From Paragordius varius (taxonomy: Eukaryota > Animalia > Nematomorpha), in contig OZ176055.1 in NCBI GenBank assembly GCA_964247055.1, forward strand, positions 992,001 through 1,056,000: a stretch of DNA of 64,000 nt, in the 5' to 3' direction. Position numbers and translations under genes: made by a program. This document shows positions 24,567 to 37,070 of the stretch, piece after piece. Below the pieces are notes generated by a model, which saw only the letters and a program-made list of their open reading frames with translations, had not been told where the DNA came from and did not search any database. Every line of letters starts with the position of its first letter. The stretch's first letter is position 1.

Positions 24567-24686
24567 AATTATTGCCAAATAGTAAACACAACAAAGGGCA
24601 GTATTATTGATATTGAAAAAAAGTGAAAAAAATAATTATAACCCAATAATACTGCCCTTTGTTGTATTTACTATTCGGCAATAATT
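24567..24686. repeat. 120-bp inverted repeat (43-bp arms, 34-bp spacer)
   Basis: aattattgccaaatagtaaacacaacaaagggcagtattattg vs the reverse complement of caataatactgccctttgttgtatttactattcggcaataatt: 41/43 match. Confidence 0.9.
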
Positions 24687-25147
24687 TATAATGTTCTAGC
24701 AACGTTTACTTACTCATGCTGTAAAAAATAGTCAATTTATTTGTACCCCTAAGCTTTTTCCTATCTGAATGGAATTTATATTTATAAATTATATATTGTA
24801 AAATTTATTGTTTTGTAAATTTCATTAGTATTTTACAGTTAATTATGCATGATATAATATTGAATAATTTAAATATAAATAGGTATATATATATATATCA
24901 TCAAAAATAAATCAATTTTAAATAAAATATATTATGCCATAAATACTAATACAAAATTATATATATAGTAGTTTTTAAAAAAAGATCACAAATACTGACC
25001 GTGATAGGGGTAGGTAGGTAGGTATGTAAAATTATGTGCAACTCTATGTCTATAAATATATACTGCAAATTTTAGCAATTTACGCTTTTTAGCTTAGGGG
25101 AAAGCCTTTTTTCCAGTTAAAAAGATTAACATAAAGTAAAAAAAAAC

Positions 25148-28100
25148 TTAGGCAGGTTTCGCTTCTTGTGGTGTGGAAGAAACGTCTTCCTTATTATTGC
25201 TTTGAATTTCATTTTTTTCTATTGGTGCAGAGTTAGGAGTTGAATTCAAAGGCGTAGTTAATGCGGTCGCTGCTTTAGTGTTAAAAAACTGACAATTTAC
25301 AATGTAGGTGGAATTGTGTTGACCATCATCATATTGAAGGTGAACATTACTAACGACTTTCATACGTTTGGGATTCAGAGCCTAGGTATACAGTAAAAAA
25401 GTGTGATAATTCAGACAAAGCATAAAAATTAAAAGACAAACAATTTTATCTTTTCAAAAGACAACCATACTTTTAGGATTTAGGGCCTAGGGAGGCAGTT
25501 AAAATTGAATTATCCAGACAAATCATAAAAATTAAGAGACAAATAATTTATCTTTTCTAAACATCCATTAGGATTTGGAGCCTAGAAATACAGTAAAGAG
25601 TGATATTATCCAGGCAGCACAACATAAAAATTAAAAGTAGACAAATATATCTTTCTAAAAAACAACCATACTTTTAGGATTGACAAGCGAGGAATACAGT
25701 AAAGAGTGAGATTATCCAGGCAACACAACATAAAAATTAAAGTAAAATAATTTATCTTTCTAAAAGACAACCATACTTTTAGGATTGAGAAGCAAGGAAT
25801 ACAGTAAAAATTATAATTATAAAGATGTAAAAATTAAATGAAAAATAAAAGACAACTACACTATTCTTATATAATTCATCGTTTTTTATTGCATAATAAG
25901 TAATAGGAATGTAGATCGGTAATACACCCAATTATAAATTCAAAAATTTAAATATGTAGTTTGGGAAATATTAAGGTTCAAAAAAATATGTTTGCCTTTA
26001 AAAAAAATATTTGTTTTTTAATTTTTATTTGTGTGTATGATTCCAATTTTTATTCTAAAAATAGGCCAAAATCCCCCAAAAAATAATTACCACCATCTTT
26101 TGTAATAAACAACTAATTTTAATCACAGAAACTTTTACATCTTCTTATATAATGTATTGTTGTTCTTAATCTTAATGTTTTTCTGGCTTTTATTCTTAAA
26201 TTGGGGCGAATAAATTATGATTAAATTATCTCTAAAACCGGTTAATAAAACCTAAATAGTTTCACTTTCTATTCCTGCTAAAATATTAAATGTGTTAAAG
26301 TATCCTAATTGCAAAAATTATTTTAACAAAAAACGACGGGAAAAATGGATTAAATTACATTTCTAAATCCTGATGTGCCGCAATAATGAATAGGAAACGA
26401 AATTTTGACTTCTTGTTGTTTCTCAATACGTTCAGTGCAATTTGGATCATCTAAACTGACTTTTCCTGTGTAAAGTCCACCAGTAAAAATTATCCAAATA
26501 TCGAAATTGTCTTGATTGCAATTGGCTTGAAGACCTAAACAACATTAAAAAAATATTTTAGTTTTTTATATTTTTTGGCATTTTAAAATTATGATAATAA
26601 ATGGGATTTGATAGTTTAATTCAAGGCCTGCCAGCAAACGGCCTGCAGGCCGCATTCGGCCCTCCATGATATTATGTGCGACGGGGGGAAAACTTAAAAA
26701 AATACTAAAATGTATCCAAATTTGTAATAACATTCTAATAAAATCTCATTAAAAGTGGTATTTCTTAAATAAATTTTCTTGAAGGTTTTTTAAATTAGCA
26801 GTCAGAAAATTAGTGAGATAAATACGAGTTACTTTTTTAAAATTATTTTACAGTCCTCATATGTATAAAATCTAAATTATAATTATCACAGGCAATATAT
26901 TTTTTAAATGCGACCAGCCAATTTTTTGAAATGCGGTCCGCGAATTTGTATTGGACACCCGAGATTCAATTACAATATATGAAAAAAAAATATTTAGTGC
27001 TGAAGCATGCGATAATTAGTTTTACTTATTCCCTGACCGTAACTGTAATCGCCTGCAAAAGTAACCAATTGAAGTTTGTATATTCCATTCATTCATTTAT
27101 CATGTGTAAAAAATAATGGCACAATAACATTAAATTTGATGGAAAAATATATAATATTTATGTTAAATATTTTATTTTCAAAACATTATATCATTTCGCT
27201 TCAATTAGTTACAGAATAAATTACTATATAAGCGCTATAGTTATAACCATTCAATAGATTGATTCAGCTAATCTTTCTCCAATATGAGTATTAACACCAT
27301 GAACTTCTAACTTTTGCATATTAGGGTAGTAGAGCTTAATCTTGTAAATAAACTATTGTTTTGAAATTTTTCAGTTAAATTTAATTAAACATTGTTCTAG
27401 TGTATTACATGAAAAGTTTATATTTAAAACAGTTTTCTTCTGGAGACTAAAATCGGGACAGCTTAAAACACGTAGGAACTAAAATGCTAATTAAAATAAA
27501 TATCAAGTTTTCCCAGCTATGTAACCTGAAAGCTTACTAAAATTAATAATTTACATTTTTTAACCATACAAAACATATTGTACTAACGATATAAAAAAAT
27601 TTATAAAAAAATAATGGCGGCAAAAAAGTTTGAGATGAGAAATTTTTTACAATTATTAAGAAAAAATTCAAAATGCACCTAAAAGGCTAAAGAAAGCATA
27701 TTTTTTAATTTGGCTTAATACCTTAACTACTTTAAGGTAATAATATCAAGACGCTCTAGATTAATACTAACTACCCCAAAAATGCTAAATAAACTATAAA
27801 AACCAAAAGCGTTTTTCAGTGAATACAAATCAATTCGTCTATATATTTATATGGCGCCTAATTTGTGTAAAATAAACCATTTTTTAGTTATTTTTATAAT
27901 TCAGTTATTTGTAAATAATTGACAATGATGTTTAGTTTAACCTGCACGCAATATAAAATCGTAATATTATATAATTTAATTAGCATATTTATGTATTTTG
28001 TAGACAACGTAATTATTTTAGATCGGCAATTTTTACTTCAAAATATTTTATTTTTTTGGAAAAAAATATGCTAGTTTTAGATATAGATATCGATTCATTA

Positions 28101-31100
28101 ATTAATATCTGAAATATTCATCATATTAAAAAACATTAAAAATTGTAAAACAGGGAGAGACTTGTTTATATGTTGTACAAAGACAAATTTTTCTTTGAGA
28201 AATGTTTTTTCATGTTTAATAAAAGACCTATTGACCTTTTTATGTTATTTGATCAATTTACATTATATATGCTTTAGTTAACCTCTTTCACTCTGTCTCT
28301 AGGTTAACAAATGATAAAATAATAAAATGATAATCATATTAAAGATGCTATTAAAAACAATTCAAATCATTTCTTTGTTTTATATTGTTAGTTAAGGAGG
28401 AATTGATTTTTAAGCTGTTTTTATGTTTTTTTTTCTTTTTTACAACGAAGATATAATTACTCTTACAATAAAGTCATGTATATAGGTATAGAAAGATGTT
28501 TTTGATCAGATTATATAATGATTGGATATCAATATATTTAAATGCAATGCTTGGAAGAAGAGAAAATATACTTTTAACTCGTGCAAATGTATTGATAGGA
28601 GCCACCAAATTTTGTTCGATTGCATTATTTTGAATTAGAGGTGGAAGGAAGTTTTGTTGAACACGCGCGCTTGCTAAAACAGAGGCTGGCATATTGTATG
28701 ATACTACTTGTTGAACATTGCTGTTTTGTCCAGCAATTTGAGGTGTTGCTATTTGTGGTCTCGGTGGACCCATAGGGTTTGATGATATTTCATTTATAGA
28801 ATCAACATAGGTCGATTGAGTTAAGTAAGGAGGAGAATTCTGAATATGATACGAAATACAATACGTTTTAAAATAAAGCTAAACCTTAGGGTAAAAAAAT
28901 GAATAAAATTTTGATGCTAACTAACCAAATCAGTGGCCAAATTATATGAGTGGCTAGGGAGAATTGAGGAATATACATGCCCATTTTTATATTCATCAAC
29001 TGTTTCCGGAAACGCTACATTTACGGAACTAGCAATGGGTGAAGTCGAAACGATAGGCGGAACAATATTGCTCTGGTTCTCGTCCACATCAATTTCGTTT
29101 GGAGATTGGTACGGGACATTAGAGTCGTAAGGTGAAAACGGCTGTTGATTGTTACCATAATTAGAAACGCGGTTTATCTCAAGTCGTGATGTTTGAGCCA
29201 AATATTGATTGTATGAAGTTGGTTCTCCACTTGGACTTGCATCTACCATAGAAGTATGGGTCGAGAGACCATTACCCAGATCGGCTGATTTCCCATTAAG
29301 ATCACTTGTATTTGGATTATAAATACTTTGGACACTGGAAACACCATTTGTAGGGTATTTATATTGGTTATATGGATCATTTATAATTACAGGAGATGGG
29401 ATATATTGATTTTCGGCCATGTTAAGATGATTGTTTAATTGAGAAGTTATATCAATCAACGGGATATTGCTATTAATCATCGATCTTTGATATAATGGAT
29501 AGATATCAGAAGATGGAACACTTTCTAACGTGGATACATAAATAACGGGTTGGGGTTGAGGACCCGAATTTGCATAATTGGAGAAAACACCTGCGGTGTT
29601 TGCAGATATGGCATCCGTGCTTTGATACGTTGGAATATTAGAGTTTGATGGTAGATGGCCAAGCTGGAGTCGATACCCGACAGAATTTGATGTAGAAGTT
29701 ATGGAAGGCAAGCCATTAATGCCTTCGGATTCTTGAGTTTGAATCAAGATTTGAGTTCCATCCGGGTTCTCCAAGTTGCTGTACAGGCCTTCAGGACTGT
29801 AGTATCCTTCAAATTTGTTTGGATTGGCAAAGTTGTTAGTGGTATCTTGGGTAAGGTGTGCGTTCTCTTCATTCCTTTGGGTATCTATCACTGGTCCATA
29901 TCTCATCTGACCCGGGGCCCCTGAGGGTGAATAATGAGATTTTTTGCTATGGAGATAGCCTAAACTTCCCAAAGCTGGATTATACATCACTCCAGATCCC
30001 GGACGGTTTATATACCGTACATTATTTAATTGTTGTGCATAAGCGTAATTTTCGGGTCGAAAATATGTTGAAGATACGTAATTGAATTGGGGAGAAGGCA
30101 GAGTATTTTCTTTGTTCAAGGTATTACTCTGGGTAGTAGGTGCCATACCAGCTGCATCGTTCAAAAGAGGCACCAATAAGTTTGTCGGTTGCAATCTAGA
30201 AGGTTGGACTCTTCGGACCAAGGGTCGTCTCCGCTCCTCATTACCATTGTAATAGGTCATGGGTTGTGAGGGAAAGCCTGGGTTTGATAGTTGATGAGAC
30301 CTGGGTTGTGTACCAGAGTTATAACTGATGGGAGAATTGGAGTTTGTATTCATGCCTGATGCAACAAGTTCGTTAAAACCTTCACGTATTCGACATTCAG
30401 CAAGCCACCAAGGGCATTTTGGATCAGCCCTGTGAACCTGTTGTGGGGTTTGAGCGGGCGCTAAATTATCTGTCCTCCTCCCCTCAATAAAGGGACGGGG
30501 CGCAGATTGGCCCAAATTTTGGCTAGGATCTGGCTGCTGAGCATATTGGGGCATCATTATGTTATTGTCTAGAAAATTTCTACCGTCCATAACGGGGTCA
30601 GACGCTAACATATGTTGTTGTTGTTGTGAGAACAGGCCTTCTCCCTTTTTCTTTCGGCGATTGCGGTATCCACGTCCTTTCTTAGCAAACACGAGGAAGG
30701 GAGTTGTACTCTCTGTCGTAGAGGTTGTACTCGAAGAGGTTGTACTCTCCTCCACAACTTTGACCAATTTAACGATCCGTAATTTGGGTTTTTTCTTTTT
30801 AGCTGATAATACTTGTGAAGACTCACCTGTTTTTGGTTGGGAACTAAAAACAAAACATACATATAATATATATATTAGTTTATTAATATAATTTAATATA
30901 GATGTTTTTTTGACATTACATAGTAAACGGTAAACAATGCTGTCATTTTGCAATTATTAAGTGATTTGGAAACTACTACAAAGCCAAAAACCTAATACTT
31001 ACTATAAACTTGTGTCATAATGACCCAATTAACTTTTTCTCAGTAATATTAATAAAGATTGATTGAATTGTCAAAAAAAATTCTTTTCCGCTTTTTTCCA

Positions 31101-34100
31101 CATTGCGGTGTGTGCGACAAAATTAAATTAAATTAATTTTTAATTTATATTTTTAAAATAATATAATCACCAATTTTTTTTATTTCAAACTACAAACGCT
31201 TTAAAATATGCATTTTAAATAGCTGAAAAAATTAACGCATTAATTACCTCAAACAATAATTTTAAATAAAAGAAATTATTTTCTACTTGACACAGCATAA
31301 TTTTTTAATTATGAGATTTCGAAGAGTCGAGTAATTATAACTTTAACTTTGCACATGTTTTTATCATTGTTAAAAATTTGGTTTTTTCTCTTTTTATTTT
31401 ATAAATGCCTACTAATATAAAGATTTGCAAATTTTCTATAGTTTTTCAGCAGTTTATCTATGTAAATCAATTTATAAAAATCATCAAATTGGTGTATTTA
31501 TTTTAACTATTTTAAAGTACGAAAATTTGGTATAGTATGTAGAATGTCCTCTTATATTAACTGCACGGATTGTCAGAGTTCGAACCTCGAAACTACGCAT
31601 TTTTTCCATCATATTACTGTCAATTAGCCCTGGGCAAGCAGGCATGCGAGTGATATAGCCTTTACCCTGACGCTTCAAGTCCTTACTTTTTATGAAAAAA
31701 AGAAAAAAACTCTAAACCAGCTTAAACCACGGCCCTAAAAGTGCTTTTCTATGGCCCTGAATTACTACTTAAATTATTTAATATGTATTTTTTTGAGTAT
31801 AGATATCTGCAAATGTAAATAGCTATGAAATATTTATCGCTATTATATGGTGCACGGGCCTTGAGACAAAAAATGTTTTTTGAGGCCCTTTAAATTTTTT
31901 TTGGTGAGTACAAATGTCTCAAACTATATATTTAATAAACACTAACTATACTTACTAAATATTTGGTCTCTGTGATCCATCGTCCGATTCGGAACCAGAT
32001 ACATCATTGCGATCTAGGTCTAAACTTTGTTTCTTGACAATAATTGGTACAGGGCGGGTTGTTTGGGGCCAACTTGGCCTTTCCAAATTTTCTTTTGGCT
32101 CATCAACCTTGTTGCCATTGCTGGAATCTTTTTTAGAGTTGGATTGCTGTGGGAAATATGATAAACTATTCGAGAATGGCAAAGTGCTAACATCTGTTGC
32201 TGGTCTGAAATTTAAATCAACGGCGTTCTTGTTATCAGAGAATTCGTTAAATCCGTTATTTGTGTTAGTGTTGCTAGAAACACCAGAATAACTTGAGAAA
32301 TCTGAGATTGGAGGCTGTTTGTATCCAACGAAATCTCCATATGCATCGTATATGGCTTCCCCCCTCCCATTCGGAACAAACACATTATTTTGTTTGATGG
32401 CGTCATCGTTTTTGTTATTGCTGATTGGGTTAGTTTTGGAATTATCAGCCTTTTGAGCTGAGGTTTGGGCTACTCGAGGCTTGCTTGATTCAGATGGCGA
32501 TAAAATTGTATTTGGTAGTTTTTGTGGTGTCCTTTTCACTGAATCGCCCATTACATCAGAGTTGTTTTTTCTGGATTGTTTCGATTTTGTCTTCGCTTGC
32601 TTTGGTCTTGATGATTTCGTATCAACTATTTATGAAACAATAATGATATTCAAAATATTTAACACACTATTATAGATTTTTTTATAAAAGAATTACAATG
32701 AAACAGGAATATATCTAATAATCTTTAAATTAAATGATTATACCTGCATTGTTAAAATTGGTTCTTTGATTTTGATTTTGTTGTTGCCTGTTGCTAGAAG
32801 ATTGTGATGGCTTTCTCTTTCCTACTTCAGGCAATCTCCGATTCTGGGGTCGAGTAACTCTTACAGGATTTGTGGTTCGTTGGTAACTGTTTTGTACCTT
32901 TCGTGGAGCGGGCGTTTTCCTTTGTGGGTTCGCGCCATTTAATGATGATCTAGGGGTTGAGTTTTGCTGTACATACCCTCGTCTTGTAATAGGATCTGCC
33001 GGTGGACGGCGCCTAGCTGTAATAATTCTTTCTGGAGTGTTTGAACGACTTCTTGGAGTTACAATAGCCACAGAACCTGATACTTTTGGTCGAGTTGTTT
33101 GGGGTAGCCTACGTTTCCAGTCCGATGTCGAAAAAGAGGACACGAATTTTCCCAAAGGTCTTGTGGTCAAAGGGTATAATGGAAGACGTTTACTAGTCGT
33201 GGATGTTAATGATTTTCCCGATGATTTAACTTGTCGGGCGTTTTCCTCAGTACGAACCCTTGCTATATTAGCATTGGATACTGTAGGTTTAGGCGAGTCT
33301 CTTTGTTGCTGTTGTTTTTGTTGTTGTTTTAAAATTCTCCAATTACGGCCCGTTATCTCTTTTTTATTTTGGCTATTTGGGACCGACCCGCTAATCGAAT
33401 TCTGGATTTGGTCTTTGACTTTGGCGCTACTAGATTTGGTTGTTGATGGTTTCCCTATTTGAGAATCGCTAGAATCTCCAGCATTATTCCTGTAATAGTT
33501 TTGATAGTATTCAAACAAATTTTGTTTCAACGGATACAACTCAATTTTAGCCTCTAGCTCGGGTTCACTTCCCCCGTTTTCGTTGTTTCCGATCGAATTA
33601 ACATCACTAAATGCTGCTGATGCGGAATATTGGCGTCTTCGATCATCATTTGAAGAACCTCTTTGATTCGAGGAATCGCCGTCTGCTGTCGAGGAATCGA
33701 AAGTTCTAATATGTTTTCTTTCAATTAATGGTGCATTCTCTACCCTATCTGATGATGATACCCTATTTCTATTACTTTGATCGCCAGCATATTCGACAAT
33801 CTCATCTTCCAGGCCATAGCGATTATTATTATTGTTATTTAAGCGTCCCGTGTAATGTCGGACATATTTGTCGGCATAGCCACGCCTTTTACCCGAAGAC
33901 TTGGGTAAACCAAATCTATTAAAGCGTAAGAAACTGGCAAAACTACTGTATGGGATTCGATAACGAATTTTCCGTAATTCCGAGCTTTCTGTGGCATTGG
34001 TACTTTTACCTTTGGTAAGGTTGTCACTTTTTGCAGCTTTTAAAGACGACGCAGGTCGCCCATTGGCCTGATTGGAAGACGACAACTTTTTGCCATATTT

Positions 34101-34600
34101 AGATAAGTCTATGGAGCTTGTAAGATTTACTGGATATTCTCGGGTAATGTTATGCTTAAAATGCTCCTTCTTACTCGTGCCACCTTTATCATTGGAATGA
34201 AAATTATTTTGTTTTTGAACAATTTTGGCTTTTAAGAGAGATCGTAGCGGGTAGCTGTATTGAGAATGTGAGAATGGGTATGATCCAGCCCCTGAATATG
34301 CATTATTTTTATTTCCCTTCTCTGCCTGAATTCTATTGCCTGTTGATTGCAAAAGTGGGATTTGTCGATAACTCCTTACATTGTGTACATTTCTTCCGCG
34401 CTCATTTTTTTCGATTGTAGTAACTTGGAAAAATTGGTTTAATTTAGGATTTTGTGAACCAACAAATAATCCAGAAGAAGAAGCGAAATGGAACCAATCT
34501 AATATTACCTAAAAGTAAGAATAAAAAATGTTGTTTTATGTATAAAAATAAAGACATATACGGTGGCAAAATTTGCCCTTGGAATCATAGTAATACTCAT
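25148..34600 (-). CDS. Very large low-complexity (S/N/Q/P/R/Y-rich) protein with a single C-terminal ZP-N domain; 1689 aa (1744 aa with the optional exon)
   Basis: Exons 34600-34562 (tentative), 34508-32744, 32625-31956, [31685-31521 optional], 30843-28926, 28839-28572, 26534-26359, 25381-25148; phases are consistent, 5070 nt without the optional exon. The last two exons give LQANCNQDNFDIWIIFTGGLYTGKVSLDDPNCTERIEKQQEVKISFPIHYCGTSGFRNALNPKRMKVVSNVHLQYDDGQHNSTYIVNCQFF, the four-Cys ZP-N pattern. Confidence 0.78.
25361..25860. repeat. Tandem array of ~100-105-bp units (MITE-B left arm plus a copy of the ZP gene's last-exon acceptor)
   Basis: catac..ttt.ggatt...cctag / tacagtaaa / gacaaa / caaccatac recur at ~25361, 25466, 25567, 25667, 25772. 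Confidence 0.85.
26622..26961. mobile_element. Decayed hAT-type MITE (ggccgc/ggccc motifs, ttggacacc end)
   Basis: Right end tgcggtccgcg...ttggacacccg resembles 41870-41891; no clear TSD. Confidence 0.5.
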
Positions 34601-37029
34601 TTTAATTTTAAATTTTTGATTCCTTAAAGTTTTTAATTTTAGAGGCCCTTTGCAAAATAGACTTTTAATTGTGTTGTTTAATATTTTTTCGCCAATATAC
34701 CTAAGTATTAAACCAAATATATTTTTCATGCTCAAATATTAATAAATTTTCCTGTTAAAATAACTGGACCTTTTGCCCTCGTTTTTTTCGCGCAAAATTT
34801 CAGGAAAATTTTTTTTATTTTAATGTTAAATGATTTTCTATAAAATCTCTGAGATATAATAATAATATGATAAATATTTGTAAGTAGGAATTAAGTTTGA
34901 CCTTTTATTTTATTTTATTAATATTATGTATTTATCCTCTTTCTGCCATTAAAAAATTGCCTTCCTTTATACCATGTATATAACATTAACATACATTACT
35001 CTCTCTATATATATAGGCTAATTCCTAGGAAAAAATCCTTAACAAAAGATCATCTTTAAAAAAAAATTACTTATGGATTATCTTGAATGCGTAATTATAA
35101 TGAATGACATTTTACCATATAAACTATTAGTAAATACGAAAAAGGATATTTAATATGTTAATTCTTTCAATTATATGTATTGTTGTTAGCCTCCTGGTAC
35201 AAAATGGTATTTTCTCGGAGAAAAATTTTTTTTATTAAAGAAGCAAAACGATTCGTAAAATAATCTGAAAACTATAAATTTCTTTTTTAGTCTCAGCAAT
35301 CCTTTTAACAAAAGCATAAGATCATAAAATAAGCGTTTTCTACAAACAACACCTATAAATTACCAAGGTTAATCTTAAAAGCCGAGTTATATTTCTGATT
35401 ATAATAGGCCATACTACATACTAAGGCAGGGGGGTCCGTGAAAATTTTGAAAGTTATTTTTCAAAAATAGGCCCATAAAATCAATGTAGAATTGATATAT
35501 TTAAAAACAATTTTTCTCAAAAAGTCCTTTGTATTGGCAAAAACTAGAGAAAAAAATGTTATTTTATCTCTGCATTCTACACAGATTTATGCATGAAATA
35601 TAATAAGCAATATTATAAATGCCTATATAATAATCTCAAGTGCCCGTCGGTTCTTTTGAGACTTAAATGCGCCCGCGAAGCCATTTGTGTTGGACAGTCC
35701 TGGTTTGACACAAATTCAGAGGATGAGGAGATTTTGTAGGTCAATATACAATATAAGTTATATTATTGATGAAATCCGTTTATAAATCTAAGATATAAAC
35801 TTATTGGGTTTCGCCGGATAATTTTTTTGCAAAATATTAATTTAAGTTTATATAAAAGATTTTACAGAACTTATCTATTAATTAACTAAGATTTTTTTTA
35901 TTTTAATCACATCAATTGGATATGAACGAACAATATTCCCAAATTTTTTTAAAGCCATATATATCTCGATTCGCATCTAAAAAGGGGACCCTACTAATAC
36001 AAATAAATTATTATATAATATATTAAATTATTTGTTACCAATGTAAATAGGATAATAGGAATGATTAAATTATATTTGAGTTCCATTGATATTTAACGGT
36101 TATTGATTATTATGAAATATTGAGTTTTGAAAATATAAATGGAAGGGACATCATATTTCACGATATATAGTTAAGTTTGGTACACATATTTTAAAGATGA
36201 CATTGTCTTAAACTTAGCTTTCATTAGAGGCGTATATACCAATTTTTGATTTAATAGGTATAAATTTTAAAAATAGATAATTAGTTAAAGGAAATTTTTT
36301 CCTAAAAATTTAGTAGTACATTAAAATAAATATTATTAGTTTTATTATTTAAACAAAATTTGAACATTGGGGAATAAAAATGACGGAAGTTTGAAAATAA
36401 GATTAAAATGATGATAATAAAGTAAGATGCGCGCCGAAGAATGATAATTTAATTTTATGATAATATTTACTAAATTTTCTTTTTTTAACAATTCTGATTT
36501 TAACAAATTTTTATTTTTTAAAGATATTTCTGATAAAATTATGTAAAATAATAATTTAATAACATACATATAATACACAGGTTGTATTATAATAAAGAAT
36601 AAAATACCTTTTTTGATTTTTTAAAAAGAATACTAATTTTATATGTATTAGCTTCCATGTTTCTGAGCGCAGAGATTACAAAAATTATGTATGATATTTC
36701 TTGACTACAAATAATATATCTTTAAATTAATTAATTTTAATTATAAAATATATAAAATTTAAGATTTTTGTTAAAAACTGTCCACAAAACACACACCTAA
36801 AAATTTTTTTGATTTTATTTTATTCTAAAATTTTTGTTTTTTTTATTTATTTTTTTTTAATTGTATCAAATAATATTATGATGATTTAAAATGGAAAAAC
36901 ATATATATTTATATATCTATATATATTTGCACCTAAAATGTTAGAAATAGTATGAAAAAAAGTTTTTTATATTTTATTATATTAAAATAATCCTGAAAAT
37001 AATAATGGCAAATGTCGAGTAGGTTTTAA

Positions 37030-37070
<41 letters not shown>

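Noticed and set aside
33895-33945. SFLRFNRFG in the ZP-N protein, resembling an FMRFamide-like peptide
   Set aside because: The Gly is followed by LPK, not a basic cleavage site, so there is no amidation signal.
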